From: Utricularia gibba
Lineage: Eukaryota; Plantae; Magnoliophyta
Direction of reading: 5' to 3'
Assembly: GCA_002189035.1 (NCBI GenBank)
Contig: NEEC01000015.1
Location: forward strand, 372,001 to 436,000
DNA: 64,000 bases
A model generated the notes under the pieces. The model saw only the letters and a list, made by a program, of their open reading frames with translations. It searched no databases and was not told where the DNA came from. A program made the translations under genes and the position numbers. Shown piece after piece: positions 62,563-64,000 of the stretch (position 1 is its first letter; each line of letters begins with the position of its first letter).

Positions 62563-64000
62563 TTCACTATGCCTGAAAGCATCGATGTAATGATAAAGCA
62601 ATAATAACCTCATATTTCTTCTGCGCAGAAGTTGCAGGCACGTGTCCTCAACTTTTTACACTGGATGGTGAAGTATCGTAAGAGACGGGTACACAATATT
62701 TATTTAAGTATGAAGATAGTGTTTTTTTTTTCGGGAAACATCATACTTACAGTGCGGTGGGAACTCCTTCACGTGCCATGAAAATGCACACAGATGTAGA
62801 GATTATAGAAGGATCAAACAGACTGGATGAAAAGTTACAAGCACAAAATAAGATGGATTTCCATGGAAATGGTTTTGTGCCCGCATCTGCAAAATCTTTC
62901 CATATCCTTGTCCCTTGGATGTAGACAATTTAGAGGCTCTTGTATACCAAAGCAACTGCAGCATGAATGATTAAAATATGCATAAGAAAAATGATGTTGA
63001 CTGACAAAGAAAAATGCCCAAAAAGTAGATGGACAAAAACTGGGATTTTACCTTCTAATGTAGATTGTCTTCTCTTGGAGAAGGATAGTGATATCGTCAC
63101 TCTTCAATCATAATTGTGTCCTCATTTCCTAATTAACTTGATATACTTCTGCTTCTGTAGGGACACAGCACAGAATCTGTAAAATCATCTTGGATTGCAT
63201 ATGCGATGGTCCCAGAAATTCTGACACACTTTTGTGTCCAGTGATTATGCATATTTTGAAAAATTCACTGCTTCTGTAGATCCATCAATCCGTTCTTAGA
63301 AAAGACCTCGATGTATAATAAAGAAACACATGAATTCTGAACAGTGTTATTGGGGCCAATTATGATGAATTAGCATTCTCATAATCCAGATAACAAGTGA
63401 TTTGACAACCACCCCCAAAAAAGCTTTGGATATGCACGGGAATCGAAGATCATGGTCCATCAGATAATGTGAAAGCCAAGTCATGTGCCATTCATGATTT
63501 CTTAAAGTTCAACTTCATCATCTCCCATTCGAGCGAAAAGCTATTCCTTTGGTTAAAGGTGAAGAGAACCACAGTCATCCCAATAAAGAGAAGAAGCATT
63601 AAAGAACGAGATCGTCAACTTTACTTTCTTTTTCTTCTTACCTTTAGTTTTAAATTTCGGTTATCAAACTCTGTCTCCTTCCCTTTGGCCCATCATGAAC
63701 TTCTCCTGAAAAAAAAAAAAGAGGAAATGAGAACATTGAGTTCAAACTTATGCTTCTCTTATTCTTTGAAGGAAAAGAAGATACACAGCCGAAAGAGTAG
63801 CTTTAGCTTCTTCCTTCAAGCTGAATACTCACTTTTCCACAAGATGATTGATTCTCTTATCCTATACAAAACATTAAACTTCCACTGATTCCCTCCATTT
63901 TTCCTTTCTTATTATCCTTTCTGGCTTCTTCATCCAGAACAAAATTTGTTTCTCATGAAGCATTCTCTGGAAAGCATGCTTTCCACCATCTCCTTATTGC

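Noticed and set aside
63469-63888. 139-aa plus-strand ORF
   Set aside because: Non-ATG start, composition driven by poly-A/T runs, no domain, and splice signals point to the opposite strand.

Overview
Eukaryotic (eudicot plant) nuclear DNA from an unusually compact genome. It holds 24 recognisable protein-coding genes in about 60 kb (roughly one per 2.5 kb), mostly with 60-100 nt GT-AG introns, short intergenic spacers and no recognisable transposon. This is compatible with a miniature genome such as Lentibulariaceae (Utricularia/Genlisea), but that is inference and the species cannot be determined here. Gene order: SERK/BAK1 (5'-partial), SULTR1, DAHP synthase, SDJ/DNAJ1-like, Rab-GDI, PB1 protein, PPa6, TIN1, a divergent squalene-epoxidase-like gene, CGR2/3, AGL62-like MADS, CYSTM, GH10 xylanase, group-A bZIP, ROH1-like, Tubby F-box, RPS28, YY1, RPS12, ATP-PRT (HISN1), NFU2, Mediator-associated protein 2-like, an alpha/beta-hydrolase and MAC5/RBM22. 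Manual exon joining shows nine single-base frameshifts in eight genes, all in short homopolymers (eight are one missing G/C). These are most likely long-read assembly errors. The best novelty candidates are (1) the squalene-epoxidase-like gene with a remodelled substrate pocket and no N-terminal anchor, (2) unexplained spliced or structured regions at 33.5-34.4 kb and 60.1-64 kb, including a 3-copy ~155 bp repeat with an internal hairpin and splice-like signals, and (3) two kinds of intergenic spacer: short site-II/telo-box bidirectional promoters and very AT-rich islands. No tRNA, rRNA, CRISPR array or mobile element is supported. Family assignments are from recalled sequence knowledge, not database searches.
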